A stretch of 64,000 nucleotides of DNA from Escherichia coli. Lineage in GTDB: Bacteria; Pseudomonadota; Gammaproteobacteria; Enterobacterales; Enterobacteriaceae. Below, piece by piece: positions 53,494 through 64,000 of the stretch. The stretch lies in NCBI RefSeq assembly GCF_050920415.1, contig NZ_CP169309.1; one strand, written 5' to 3'. Made by a program: the position numbers and the translations under genes. Each line of letters opens with the position of its first letter. Within the stretch, counting starts at the first letter, position 1. The notes under the pieces were generated by a model. It did no database searches, was not told where the DNA came from, and worked only from the letters and a program-made list of their open reading frames with translations.

Positions 53494-54984
53494 TCATGAA
53501 CGGCTGTTTTTGTTCTGCTTATTGACATATAAACGCTCATCGGAAGCTTTATATGCATCATGTAACGTATCGTTTTCTTTCATCGCGTAAATACCGGAAG
53601 AGAAGCCGATCTCTTTCTGAGGCGCGATATGTTGCAGACGTTTTTCGATACGTTCAGGCAGTTGTGCTGCAATTTGCGGCGTCGAATCGACAAGAATGAT
53701 GCAGAATTCATCGCCACCGAGTCGGATGGCATAATCACTTTTACGAATCGACTGTTTAATCGCCTGAGCTAATAACGTAATCGCTAAATCCCCCTCCTGA
53801 TGACCGAGGGTGTCATTTATTTGCTTTAACTTGTCCATGTCAATTGCAATAAACATCACCGAAGAACCGGATTGCACCAGTTTCTGCAACCGCTGCTCCA
53901 GTTCAGGGGTTAAAATTTTGCGATTATACAGTCCAGTCATCGCATCACTAATATTTTCTCGCGACACGTTTTGGTATAAACGGAAGTGCATCCGGACCAT
54001 ATTCAGCAAAATTAACGCCGTCAAAATCCAGAACAGAACGCTTTTCCACGAAGACGTGATAAAGTAAAGAATATCAATGGATAACGAGACACGAATACCG
54101 CCCGGTAAGTCATGGACGTAACTGACATACTGGAACAGATTATCTTCGCTCTGGTTGATGATAATGTCGCGCCCTGAATCTGTATCAGTTAGCGTGACAT
54201 TGAGAAAACGCCAGAGGAGAGGGCGGTCATGAGTGTAAAAGATATTCCGCAGATTGTTTTTGTTAATATCCAGCAGCACAATCCCTTTTAGCTGCCCTGC
54301 GACATATACCGGCGTCAGCAAACTCATCACGTTCTGTTTAGTACGCTGATCCTGGTAAATGCTCGATAATACGGTACGCCCGGTAAATACCTTTTCAATA
54401 TCTTTGCGATCGATGCCAATACTTCCTGACTGCAGGAAGGACCAGTTATTCATCGCAAAGTACTCAACATTAACCGGCTCATAAAAATAGACATAGCGGT
54501 CATTGAGATCGAGATAATAGTGAAATTTCTCTTCGGCCATTCCAAGACCTGAACCGTAATCATCCTGGTGGCGGTTGCCTTCCACTGCCTGATCAAAAGC
54601 GGGTAATAGTGCTGCAGCTTCCACAATTGTGTCGCAGTCAGTGGATGCGGTTTGTAGTGTGCCGCGTAAGCCCGGGTATTTATGGGCAGTCAGGTTTAAG
54701 CCATGGGTATTATTGGCAGACTCAAAAGCCTCGCAGATGGCGCGCCGCTGTTCTGGCGACACTTCCGACTGCTCAGCAGCGAGAGCGCGCATCACATGCG
54801 CGGCAATACTCTGATTCTGATACTTATCATAAAGAAAGGAGGAATCTGCTCTCTGCACGATATAGCGCAGATAGGCACTCATTGCTCTGTCGCTGGCGAC
54901 AAGTTCAAAAATAAGGAAGGAAGATGTCAGCACAATGACACTTGCGGCGATAAAATGCCGGAGCATTCTATGGTGCAATTTCAT
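53494..54984 (-). CDS. dgcJ: membrane-anchored diguanylate cyclase DgcJ
   Basis: ORF 53494..55164; start at MKLHHRMLRHF... gives 496 aa; canonical GGDEF (RLGGDEFCII). Confidence 0.9.
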   Translation of the reverse strand: MKLHHRMLRHFIAASVIVLTSSFLIFELVASDRAMSAYLRYIVQRADSSFLYDKYQNQSIAAHVMRALAAEQSEVSPEQRRAICEAFESANNTHGLNLTAHKYPGLRGTLQTASTDCDTIVEAAALLPAFDQAVEGNRHQDDYGSGLGMAEEKFHYYLDLNDRYVYFYEPVNVEYFAMNNWSFLQSGSIGIDRKDIEKVFTGRTVLSSIYQDQRTKQNVMSLLTPVYVAGQLKGIVLLDINKNNLRNIFYTHDRPLLWRFLNVTLTDTDSGRDIIINQSEDNLFQYVSYVHDLPGGIRVSLSIDILYFITSSWKSVLFWILTALILLNMVRMHFRLYQNVSRENISDAMTGLYNRKILTPELEQRLQKLVQSGSSVMFIAIDMDKLKQINDTLGHQEGDLAITLLAQAIKQSIRKSDYAIRLGGDEFCIILVDSTPQIAAQLPERIEKRLQHIAPQKEIGFSSGIYAMKENDTLHDAYKASDERLYVNKQNKNSRS

Positions 54985-55164
54985 GATAAATGGCACTCCT
55001 TCGGTTAGTGAAACGAGAAAACCAGATAAAGTTCGATTGCGGCCTGGCACAGGGGCGCTAATTATACTCATCTCTGCGCCGCTGGGGAGGGGAAATTTAG
55101 GGGTAATAGTAATAAATTGTATGCAAAAGCCACGCAAAAAGCATGGCTCTGAATATTTTTGCAC

Positions 55165-56640
55165 TTAAATATGATGAATAATCACTTTGTTGCCCCCCTC
55201 GCTTTTCGCTTCGCGTAAGGCTTTATCTGCTTCCGTCATGACAAGCGAGATATTACGCGTGTCACCCGTTGAAAAAACCGTGCCAATACTGATGGTCATT
55301 TGTTCAGGAACATCATATCTGTTACTAAAACCGGTCAGGAGTTCGACATTTTTACGCATACGTTCCGCAATGATTTTTGCCTGGGCACTATTGAGTTCGG
55401 TAAATAGCAAGCCAAACACCTCACCCTCCAGTCGCGCTAAAATATCATCGGGGCGGATGCTTTGCTGGATAATATCGACAATTGAAACCAGCACTTTATC
55501 ACCCACACGATGTCCCCATTGGGCATTGATGCGCTTGAACTGATTAATATCAACCAGCATGACACAAAAGTCCTTAACAACAGGTCGCGACAATAATGAC
55601 TCTACGCTGTTGAAAAAGTAGCGCCGATTATAAATATTGGTCAGTACATCATGAACTGCCAGTTTGCTGGAGAGTTGCAGTTCCTGAAAAATGTTATAAA
55701 TCAGAAAAGACACAACAAACAGTTTACTGGAAACTTCAATCCCGCGACTGATATACCAGATGGTGTAATTATACTCATCCAGAGTCAGTAGAAGTAAGTT
55801 GCAGCATAGCGATGCCAGACATAATAATGCTATTAACGGCCATAGTTCGCTGGCTAATCGTGTACGCATGATAATAAAGAACAGTAAAAATGCCCACAGA
55901 CAAACCAATATTTTTGTATAGTTGATTCCCCAGGTCGCAGTATGGTTGTCCGGACAGTAATCGACGACATACAAAGAATAGTCAGCGTTATAACTGCTCA
56001 GATTGTGTGCCAGAAGGGGAAAAAATAAAAAAGGAATCAGCGCCAGCAACAGAATGCCAGTTTTTTTCTTATTGTTGTCAAGGATGTTGTCTTTCCCATA
56101 ACAAAAGAGCGCCAGCGAGGTTAAACAAATGAAACTGAGTTGGCGGAAAATATAGAAAATAGAAACATCATTCGACTTTGTCTGGATCAGTGTACTGCCG
56201 TTGATTGGTTTATGGATAATTACAATGGTTTCAACTAAATAGATAAGGCCACTTAAAAATGCAAGGCTTAAAATGAGTGTTGGTAAAATTTGTTTGTTAG
56301 TGAAATACTTCATTAACATGAAAAGAAAAATGACGGCGTTAAGGAAAAACAAAGCCACAACAACCATCAGGTAATTCATCTGTGGGATGAGTTTTACATT
56401 CGTGTTTTCGTTATATAAGGTAGTAATGCAAAATAAAATTAACGTCAGCAATAAGCTGAAAATAAAAAAGCCTTGAGCTTTTAATTTTTGTGTACCCATA
56501 GAAGCCATAAAAAGGAGAGCAATGTGAGTGCTGGATTTTATTGATGGCAGAGATATATGGTTTTGACCAGGATCAATTTTCGTTGACGATAAAAAATAAT
56601 TAAAGAATAACCCCAGGGAAATACGTGTTGACCGAATCAT
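55165..56640 (-). CDS. yeaI: degenerate GGDEF-domain membrane protein YeaI (CdgI)
   Basis: ORF 491 aa; multi-TM N-terminus; GGDEF position reads EGEVF (RLEGEVFGLL); AT-rich coding sequence. Confidence 0.9.
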   Translation of the reverse strand: MIRSTRISLGLFFNYFLSSTKIDPGQNHISLPSIKSSTHIALLFMASMGTQKLKAQGFFIFSLLLTLILFCITTLYNENTNVKLIPQMNYLMVVVALFFLNAVIFLFMLMKYFTNKQILPTLILSLAFLSGLIYLVETIVIIHKPINGSTLIQTKSNDVSIFYIFRQLSFICLTSLALFCYGKDNILDNNKKKTGILLLALIPFLFFPLLAHNLSSYNADYSLYVVDYCPDNHTATWGINYTKILVCLWAFLLFFIIMRTRLASELWPLIALLCLASLCCNLLLLTLDEYNYTIWYISRGIEVSSKLFVVSFLIYNIFQELQLSSKLAVHDVLTNIYNRRYFFNSVESLLSRPVVKDFCVMLVDINQFKRINAQWGHRVGDKVLVSIVDIIQQSIRPDDILARLEGEVFGLLFTELNSAQAKIIAERMRKNVELLTGFSNRYDVPEQMTISIGTVFSTGDTRNISLVMTEADKALREAKSEGGNKVIIHHI

Positions 56641-56786
56641 TTTTCCGAATGATTGTTTTCTGAAACTAAATTGTGTAAAGGTTATGCTGTCATATTTAAA
56701 GCGATTGTAAGCTAATGTATGTAATAAATGAGATAATTTACAGTGAGCTAAAAATCAGCCAGGCGATAATGACCCGGCTGACAGTT

Positions 56787-58082
<1,296 letters not shown>

Positions 58083-58182
58083 CTACATTTGCCAACTGTT
58101 TGCTACGCCTGTGTTGCCGCTTCTCTGGCCCACGGTTCGCTGTCGTTGTAGGCCCGGTAGCATGCGTACCGGGCCATGGTTG

Positions 58183-60117
58183 TTAAGACGATTTACGTAC
58201 GCGCAAATACCATTCGCACAGTAAACGCACCTGTTTACGGGTGTAGCCTTTTTCCATCATACGGTCGACAAAATCGTCGTGTTTCTTCTGCTCGTCGGTT
58301 GACGTTTTGGCGTTAAACGAAATAACTGGCAACAGCTCCTCGGTATTAGAGAACATTTTCTTCTCAATAACCGTGCGCAGTTTTTCATAGCTGGTCCAGT
58401 TCGGATTGCGTCCGCTGTTATTCGCTCTGGCGCGCAGTACGAAGTTGACAATCTCGTTGCGGAAATCTTTTGGATTACTGATCCCCGCCGGTTTCTCAAT
58501 TTTCTCCAGCTCAGCGTTGAGAGATTCGCGGTCAAATAGCTGCCCGGTATCCGGGTCGCGATACTCCTGATCCTGAATCCAGAAATCTGCATACGTGACA
58601 TAACGGTCAAAAATGTTTTGTCCATATTCAGAATAGGATTCAAGATACGCAGTCTGAATCTCTTTACCGATAAACTCAGCATATTTCGGAATCAAGTAAC
58701 CTTTCAGGAACTCGAGATAACGCTCAGCCTGCTCCTGAGGGAACTGCTCGCGCTCGATCTGCTGTTCCAGGACGTAGAACAGATGGACCGGGTTTGCCGC
58801 CACTTCTACATGATCGAAGTTGAACACGCGAGAGAGGATCTTAAACGCAAAACGCGTGGACAGACCGTTCATCCCTTCATCAACGCCTGCGTAGTCACGA
58901 TATTCCTGATACGACTTGGCTTTCGGATCGGTGTCTTTCAGACTTTCGCCATCATAAACCCGCATCTTCGAATAAATGCTGGAGTTTTCCGGCTCTTTCA
59001 GACGCGAAAGAATGGAAAAACGAGACAGCGTTTCCAGCGTGCCAGGTGCGCAGGGGGCGTGAGTCAGTTCACTGTGATTAAGCAATTTCTCGTAGATTTT
59101 GATCTCTTCGGAAATACGCAAGCAATATGGCACCTTCACGATATAAACACGATCGAGGAAGGCTTCGTTGTTCTTGTTATTACGGAAAGTGACCCATTCG
59201 GATTCGTTCGAATGGGCGAGAATAATCCCGTTAAACGGCAAGGCGGAGATACCTTCCGTCCCGTTGTAGTTACCTTCCTGAGTGGCGGTTAACAGGGGAT
59301 GCAGCACTTTAATCGGTGCTTTAAACATCTCGACAAACTCCATGATCCCCTGGTTGGCGCGGCATAGTGCACCGGAATATCCGTAGGCGTCTGGATCGTT
59401 CTGCGCGTAGTGTTCGAGTTTACGGATATCGACTTTCCCTACCAGCGCTGAGATGTCCTGGTTGTTCTCATCGCCAGGTTCCGTTTTGGCGATAGCAATT
59501 TGTTGCAGAATTGACGGCCAGACCTTTACCACCCGGAACTTAGTAATATCGCCACCAAATTCATGCAGGCGTTTTGCTGCCCACGGCGACATGATGGTGC
59601 CAAGATAGCGTCGAGGAATGCCATACTCTTTTTCCAGAATCTGCGCATCTTCTTGCGGATTGAAAAGACAGAACGGATGATCGTTGACCGGGCTCCGCTC
59701 ACCGTTAGCGCTTAATACATAGATCGGCACGAGCTGCATTAATGATTTCAGTCGCTCAGCAAGCGATGATTTACCCCCACCCACAGGCCCCAGCAGATAC
59801 AGGATTTGTTTCTTCTCCTCCAGCCCCTGAGCCGCGTGTTTCAGATAAGAGACAATCTGTTCAATCGCGTCTTCCATGCCGTAAAACTCTTCAAAGGCCG
59901 GGTAACGTGCAATGACCCGGTTAGAAAAGAGTCGAGAAAGTCTGGGTTCCTGGGCTGTATCGACCATGACAGGCTCACCGATAGCCATCAATAGCCGCTC
60001 AGCCGCGTTGGCATAAGCACTGCGATCTTGCCGACAAGTGGTAAGAAACTCCTGCAGTGTGAACTCTTCGTCCTTGGCAGCTTCATATCGCTGGCGATAG
60101 TGATCGAATATATTCAT
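58183..60117 (-). CDS. yeaG: PrkA-family serine protein kinase YeaG
   Basis: ORF 644 aa; Walker A GPVGGGKSS visible. Confidence 0.95.
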   Translation of the reverse strand: MNIFDHYRQRYEAAKDEEFTLQEFLTTCRQDRSAYANAAERLLMAIGEPVMVDTAQEPRLSRLFSNRVIARYPAFEEFYGMEDAIEQIVSYLKHAAQGLEEKKQILYLLGPVGGGKSSLAERLKSLMQLVPIYVLSANGERSPVNDHPFCLFNPQEDAQILEKEYGIPRRYLGTIMSPWAAKRLHEFGGDITKFRVVKVWPSILQQIAIAKTEPGDENNQDISALVGKVDIRKLEHYAQNDPDAYGYSGALCRANQGIMEFVEMFKAPIKVLHPLLTATQEGNYNGTEGISALPFNGIILAHSNESEWVTFRNNKNNEAFLDRVYIVKVPYCLRISEEIKIYEKLLNHSELTHAPCAPGTLETLSRFSILSRLKEPENSSIYSKMRVYDGESLKDTDPKAKSYQEYRDYAGVDEGMNGLSTRFAFKILSRVFNFDHVEVAANPVHLFYVLEQQIEREQFPQEQAERYLEFLKGYLIPKYAEFIGKEIQTAYLESYSEYGQNIFDRYVTYADFWIQDQEYRDPDTGQLFDRESLNAELEKIEKPAGISNPKDFRNEIVNFVLRARANNSGRNPNWTSYEKLRTVIEKKMFSNTEELLPVISFNAKTSTDEQKKHDDFVDRMMEKGYTRKQVRLLCEWYLRVRKSS

Positions 60118-60220
60118 GGTATGCCGTCCTTTCGTTTTTTAGCACAGGTTAAGAGCCGTTCATATGAATAGTAGAGGCTCCCGGAAGAGGTAAACTGAAC
60201 GACGTCTCTTGCTAAAACAC

Positions 60221-60236
60221 AGCAACTCTCATGCCA
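60221..60236 (-). promoter_or_regulatory. candidate sigma54 (-24/-12) promoter of yeaG-yeaH
   Basis: minus strand reads TGGCAT-GAGAG-TTGCT versus consensus TGGCAC-N5-TTGCW; ~100 nt upstream of yeaG ATG. Confidence 0.55.
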
Positions 60237-60552
60237 TTTTATCGACGATGAGAACAACGTGCCCGGTGATACACCTTCAAAATTAAGCGTAGATGGCAAA
60301 TGGAAAACTTGCCTGCACGGCTTTCTTAATTTCAATGGCATATCAACAACTCATCCATAAAATTTGCATAATTAATGTAAAGACCAGGGTCGCCAGTAAC
60401 GCGTAATTCATTTGGCTGTAAGCGTGGTGTCATCTGCGTCAGGAAAATTAAACAGTTACTTTAAAAAATGAAAACGTAAAAAGGTTGGGTTTCGATGTAT
60501 TGACGGGTAAACTTTGTCGCCCGCTAAACATTTGTTTAAGGAATGATTAATT

Positions 60553-61299
60553 GTGACCAAACTCAAACTTCTGGCACTTGGAGTGCTTATCGCAACGTCT
60601 GCAGGCGTAGCGCACGCTGAAGGTAAATTTTCCCTGGGCGCAGGCGTAGGTGTCGTTGAACACCCATATAAAGATTACGATACCGATGTTTACCCAGTAC
60701 CGGTAATCAACTATGAAGGCGATAACTTCTGGTTCCGTGGCTTAGGTGGTGGTTACTACCTGTGGAATGACGCAACGGATAAACTTTCAATTACCGCTTA
60801 CTGGTCGCCGCTTTACTTCAAAGCTAAAGACAGTGGCGATCACCAAATGCGTCACCTGGATGACCGTAAGAGCACCATGATGGCTGGTCTGTCTTATGCT
60901 CACTTTACCCAGTACGGTTACCTGCGTACCACCCTGGCTGGCGATACCCTGGATAACAGCAACGGCATCGTCTGGGATATGGCCTGGTTGTATCGTTACA
61001 CCAACGGTGGCCTGACCGTGACTCCGGGTATTGGTGTGCAGTGGAACAGCGAAAACCAGAACGAATACTATTATGGCGTATCGCGCAAAGAGTCTGCGCG
61101 CAGCGGTCTGCGTGGCTATAACCCGAACGACAGCTGGAGCCCTTACCTGGAGCTAAGTGCCAGCTACAACTTCCTCGGTGACTGGAGTGTTTACGGTACC
61201 GCGCGCTACACCCGTCTGTCTGATGAAGTTACTGACAGCCCAATGGTGGATAAATCCTGGACTGGCCTGATTTCTACCGGGATCACCTACAAATTCTGA
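60553..61299 (+). CDS. mipA: MltA-interacting outer membrane protein
   Basis: ORF 248 aa with signal peptide; beta-barrel-like ending in aromatic residue. Confidence 0.95.
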   Translation: MTKLKLLALGVLIATSAGVAHAEGKFSLGAGVGVVEHPYKDYDTDVYPVPVINYEGDNFWFRGLGGGYYLWNDATDKLSITAYWSPLYFKAKDSGDHQMRHLDDRKSTMMAGLSYAHFTQYGYLRTTLAGDTLDNSNGIVWDMAWLYRYTNGGLTVTPGIGVQWNSENQNEYYYGVSRKESARSGLRGYNPNDSWSPYLELSASYNFLGDWSVYGTARYTRLSDEVTDSPMVDKSWTGLISTGITYKF

Positions 61300-61388
61300 T
61301 AATGCATCTTTCCAGGGCATTTTGTGCATAAAAACAGGGCGTAACGCCCTGTTTTGCATTACGGTGGTGCAATACCTGGGAGGAAACA

Positions 61389-62243
61389 ATGCAACAAAAA
61401 ATGATTCAATTTAGTGGCGATGTCGCACTGCCAGCCATAGGGCAGGGAACATGGTATATGGGCGAAGATGCCAGTCAGCGTAAAACAGAAGTTGCTGCAC
61501 TACGCGCGGGCATTGAACTCGGTTTAACCCTCATTGATACCGCCGAAATGTATGCCGATGGCGGTGCCGAAAAAGTGGTTGGGGAAGCATTAATCGGTCT
61601 GCGTGAGAACGTCTTTCTCGTCTCTAAAGTCTATCCGTGGAATGCTGGCGGGCAAAAAGCGATAAATGCATGCGAAGCCAGTTTACGCCGTCTCAATACT
61701 GATTATCTCGATCTCTACTTATTACACTGGTCTGGCAGTTTCGCTCTCGAAGAGACTGTCGCAGCGATGGAAAAATTGATCGCCCAGGGAAAAATCCGCC
61801 GCTGGGGCGTTTCTAACCTTGATTATGTCGATATGCAGGAACTCTGGCAGCTGCCGGGGGGAAATCAGTGTGCCACTAATCAGGTGCTTTACCATCTCGG
61901 TTCACGAGGGATTGAGTACGATTTACTTCCCTGGTGCCAGAAACAGCAGATGCCGGTGATGGCTTACAGTCCATTAGCCCAGGCCGGGCGGTTGCGCAAT
62001 GGACTGTTAAAAAATGCGGTAGTCAACGAAATTGCACATGCTCACAATATCAGTGCGGCACAAGTATTGTTGGCGTGGGTAATCAGCCATCAGGGTGTGA
62101 TGGCGATTCCAAAAGCGGCAACTGTCGCACATGTCCAACAAAATGCGGCTGTGCTTGAGGTTGAACTTTCGTCAGCGGAATTAGTTATGCTGGATAAAGC
62201 GTATCCGGCACCAAAAGGAAAAACTGCGCTGGATATGGTGTGA
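61389..62243 (+). CDS. yeaE: aldo-keto reductase (methylglyoxal reductase-like)
   Basis: ORF 284 aa. Confidence 0.9.
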   Translation: MQQKMIQFSGDVALPAIGQGTWYMGEDASQRKTEVAALRAGIELGLTLIDTAEMYADGGAEKVVGEALIGLRENVFLVSKVYPWNAGGQKAINACEASLRRLNTDYLDLYLLHWSGSFALEETVAAMEKLIAQGKIRRWGVSNLDYVDMQELWQLPGGNQCATNQVLYHLGSRGIEYDLLPWCQKQQMPVMAYSPLAQAGRLRNGLLKNAVVNEIAHAHNISAAQVLLAWVISHQGVMAIPKAATVAHVQQNAAVLEVELSSAELVMLDKAYPAPKGKTALDMV

Positions 62244-62252
62244 TGTTGATAC

Positions 62253-62277
62253 GTGCCGGATGCATCGCACCCGGCAC
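62253..62277. repeat. palindromic hairpin (possible bidirectional terminator or degenerate REP) between yeaE and yeaD
   Basis: GTGCCGG...CCGGCAC inverted repeat with 11-nt loop; left arm resembles GCCGGATGC of REP consensus. Confidence 0.4.
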
Positions 62278-62293
62278 ACAATATTAACGCAAA

Positions 62294-63178
62294 TTAACGT
62301 TTCGCAACGCGAATGGATTGCGCCAGATGTGCAGGTTTCTCTTTGGTGACTTTTTGCGTTTCTGAAGCGTATGCCGTTTCTACACAAACAAAGGTCTTGT
62401 AGCCATCATCCGGCATATCGCCCATGCTAACTGAAAGCGCCGGTCCTGGGTTCCAGCCTACAACGTTCAGATGATGCTGGTGGCCTACGGCGATAATACG
62501 ATTCAGCGCTTCGTCATTAATTACGCTGCAATCTTGCGGATTCAGATACACGCGATCGGTACGGTCAGGGAAGGTCTGAATACCGTCGGTCAGTACATCT
62601 TCTTTCGCGTCATTTACTTTATCAATGAAGCGATCGCCTAGTCCACTGACGCTTACCTTAGCGATATCACCCACGTTAAAGTAGGTATGCAGAGCAGAGG
62701 TAGTTTCAAATTCGCCGTGTGCTTCAAGATCGATTTCACAGGTTTTACCCACGTGGAAATGCGCTAACAGCGTAAAGTCGTGCGGCCAGAATTTTTTCGT
62801 CTCTTCGCTTTGTGTCAATTCAAAAGTCAGCGCTACACCATCAGCATCTTCACGATGTGATTTCAGCGTCCACGGCAGGTTGCGGGCAAAACCGTGCGCA
62901 GGCAGACCTTGTTGTGCAGCCGGACCAAACCACGGCCAGCAAACCGGTATGCCACCGCGAATGGCGACGCCATTTTTGAACGGTGTGTTGTTACTCAACC
63001 ACAGAACTTCTTCTTCACCCGCAGGTTTCCACGAGAGAAGGTGTGCGCCCTGTAATGCAAAAGAGGCTTTTACCTGGGGATGATCGACCACAATGAGGTC
63101 CAGTTCATCCAGTTTACGACGGGAGAGGACAGGGGAGATTTGTTCGATGACCGGAAGGGCAAAAATTTTCTTAATCAT
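62294..63178 (-). CDS. yeaD: putative glucose-6-phosphate 1-epimerase (aldose epimerase family)
   Basis: ORF 62294..63199; start at MIKKIFALPVIEQ... gives 294 aa. Confidence 0.9.
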   Translation of the reverse strand: MIKKIFALPVIEQISPVLSRRKLDELDLIVVDHPQVKASFALQGAHLLSWKPAGEEEVLWLSNNTPFKNGVAIRGGIPVCWPWFGPAAQQGLPAHGFARNLPWTLKSHREDADGVALTFELTQSEETKKFWPHDFTLLAHFHVGKTCEIDLEAHGEFETTSALHTYFNVGDIAKVSVSGLGDRFIDKVNDAKEDVLTDGIQTFPDRTDRVYLNPQDCSVINDEALNRIIAVGHQHHLNVVGWNPGPALSVSMGDMPDDGYKTFVCVETAYASETQKVTKEKPAHLAQSIRVAKR

Positions 63179-63210
63179 GACGCAGTCCTTTAACTTCATT
63201 TTATCAGGTA

Positions 63211-63240
63211 AAAAAAAGAGCGACCGAAGTCGCTCTTTTT
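63211..63240 (-). terminator. intrinsic terminator of gapA (bidirectional with yeaD)
   Basis: stem GAGCGAC / GTCGCTC, loop CGAA, flanked by A7 and T5 runs. Confidence 0.85.
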
Positions 63241-63261
63241 AGATCACAGAGTCATCTCAAC

Positions 63262-64000
<739 letters not shown>

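Noticed and set aside
58618-59292. 224-aa plus-strand ORF
   Set aside because: Antisense to yeaG; the minus-strand frame carries a recognisable Walker A and PrkA kinase sequence.

Overview
This window reads as a contiguous stretch of core Escherichia coli chromosome, in reverse orientation relative to the K-12 map, running from exoX (window start) to a truncated gapA (window end). Gene identities were assigned by recognising the translated ORFs from memory; no database search was run. Gene order, orientation and protein lengths match the K-12 arrangement as recalled: exoX-yobB-holE, yobA-copD-yebY, the SdsR/RyeA sRNA locus, pphA, rsmF, letAB, msrC, proQ-prc, htpX, yebQ, kdgR, mgrB, yobF-cspC, rlmA, mntP, manXYZ, yoaE, pdeD, sdaA, pabB-nudL, yoaA, tsaB, fadD, rnd, yeaXWV, dmlA/dmlR, leuE, yeaR-yoaG, dgcP, nimT/nimR, dgcJ-yeaI, yeaG-yeaH, mipA, yeaE, yeaD, gapA. 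I found no rRNA, tRNA, CRISPR array, IS element, integrase, prophage or defence island, and no gene that looks inserted, so I do not see evidence for a previously undescribed system here. What the sequence does show beyond the ORF track: six small protein genes under 60 codons (mgrB, yobF, yoaH, yoaI, yoaJ, yoaK), the SdsR sRNA, the Mn riboswitch motif in the mntP leader, a near-consensus sigma54 promoter upstream of yeaG, several non-ATG start codons, and a number of intrinsic terminators and regulatory sites. The most under-characterised biology is the yeaG-yeaH kinase pair, the tandem GGDEF genes dgcJ/yeaI (one with a degenerate EGEVF site, and visibly AT-rich), and many conserved y-genes of unknown function.
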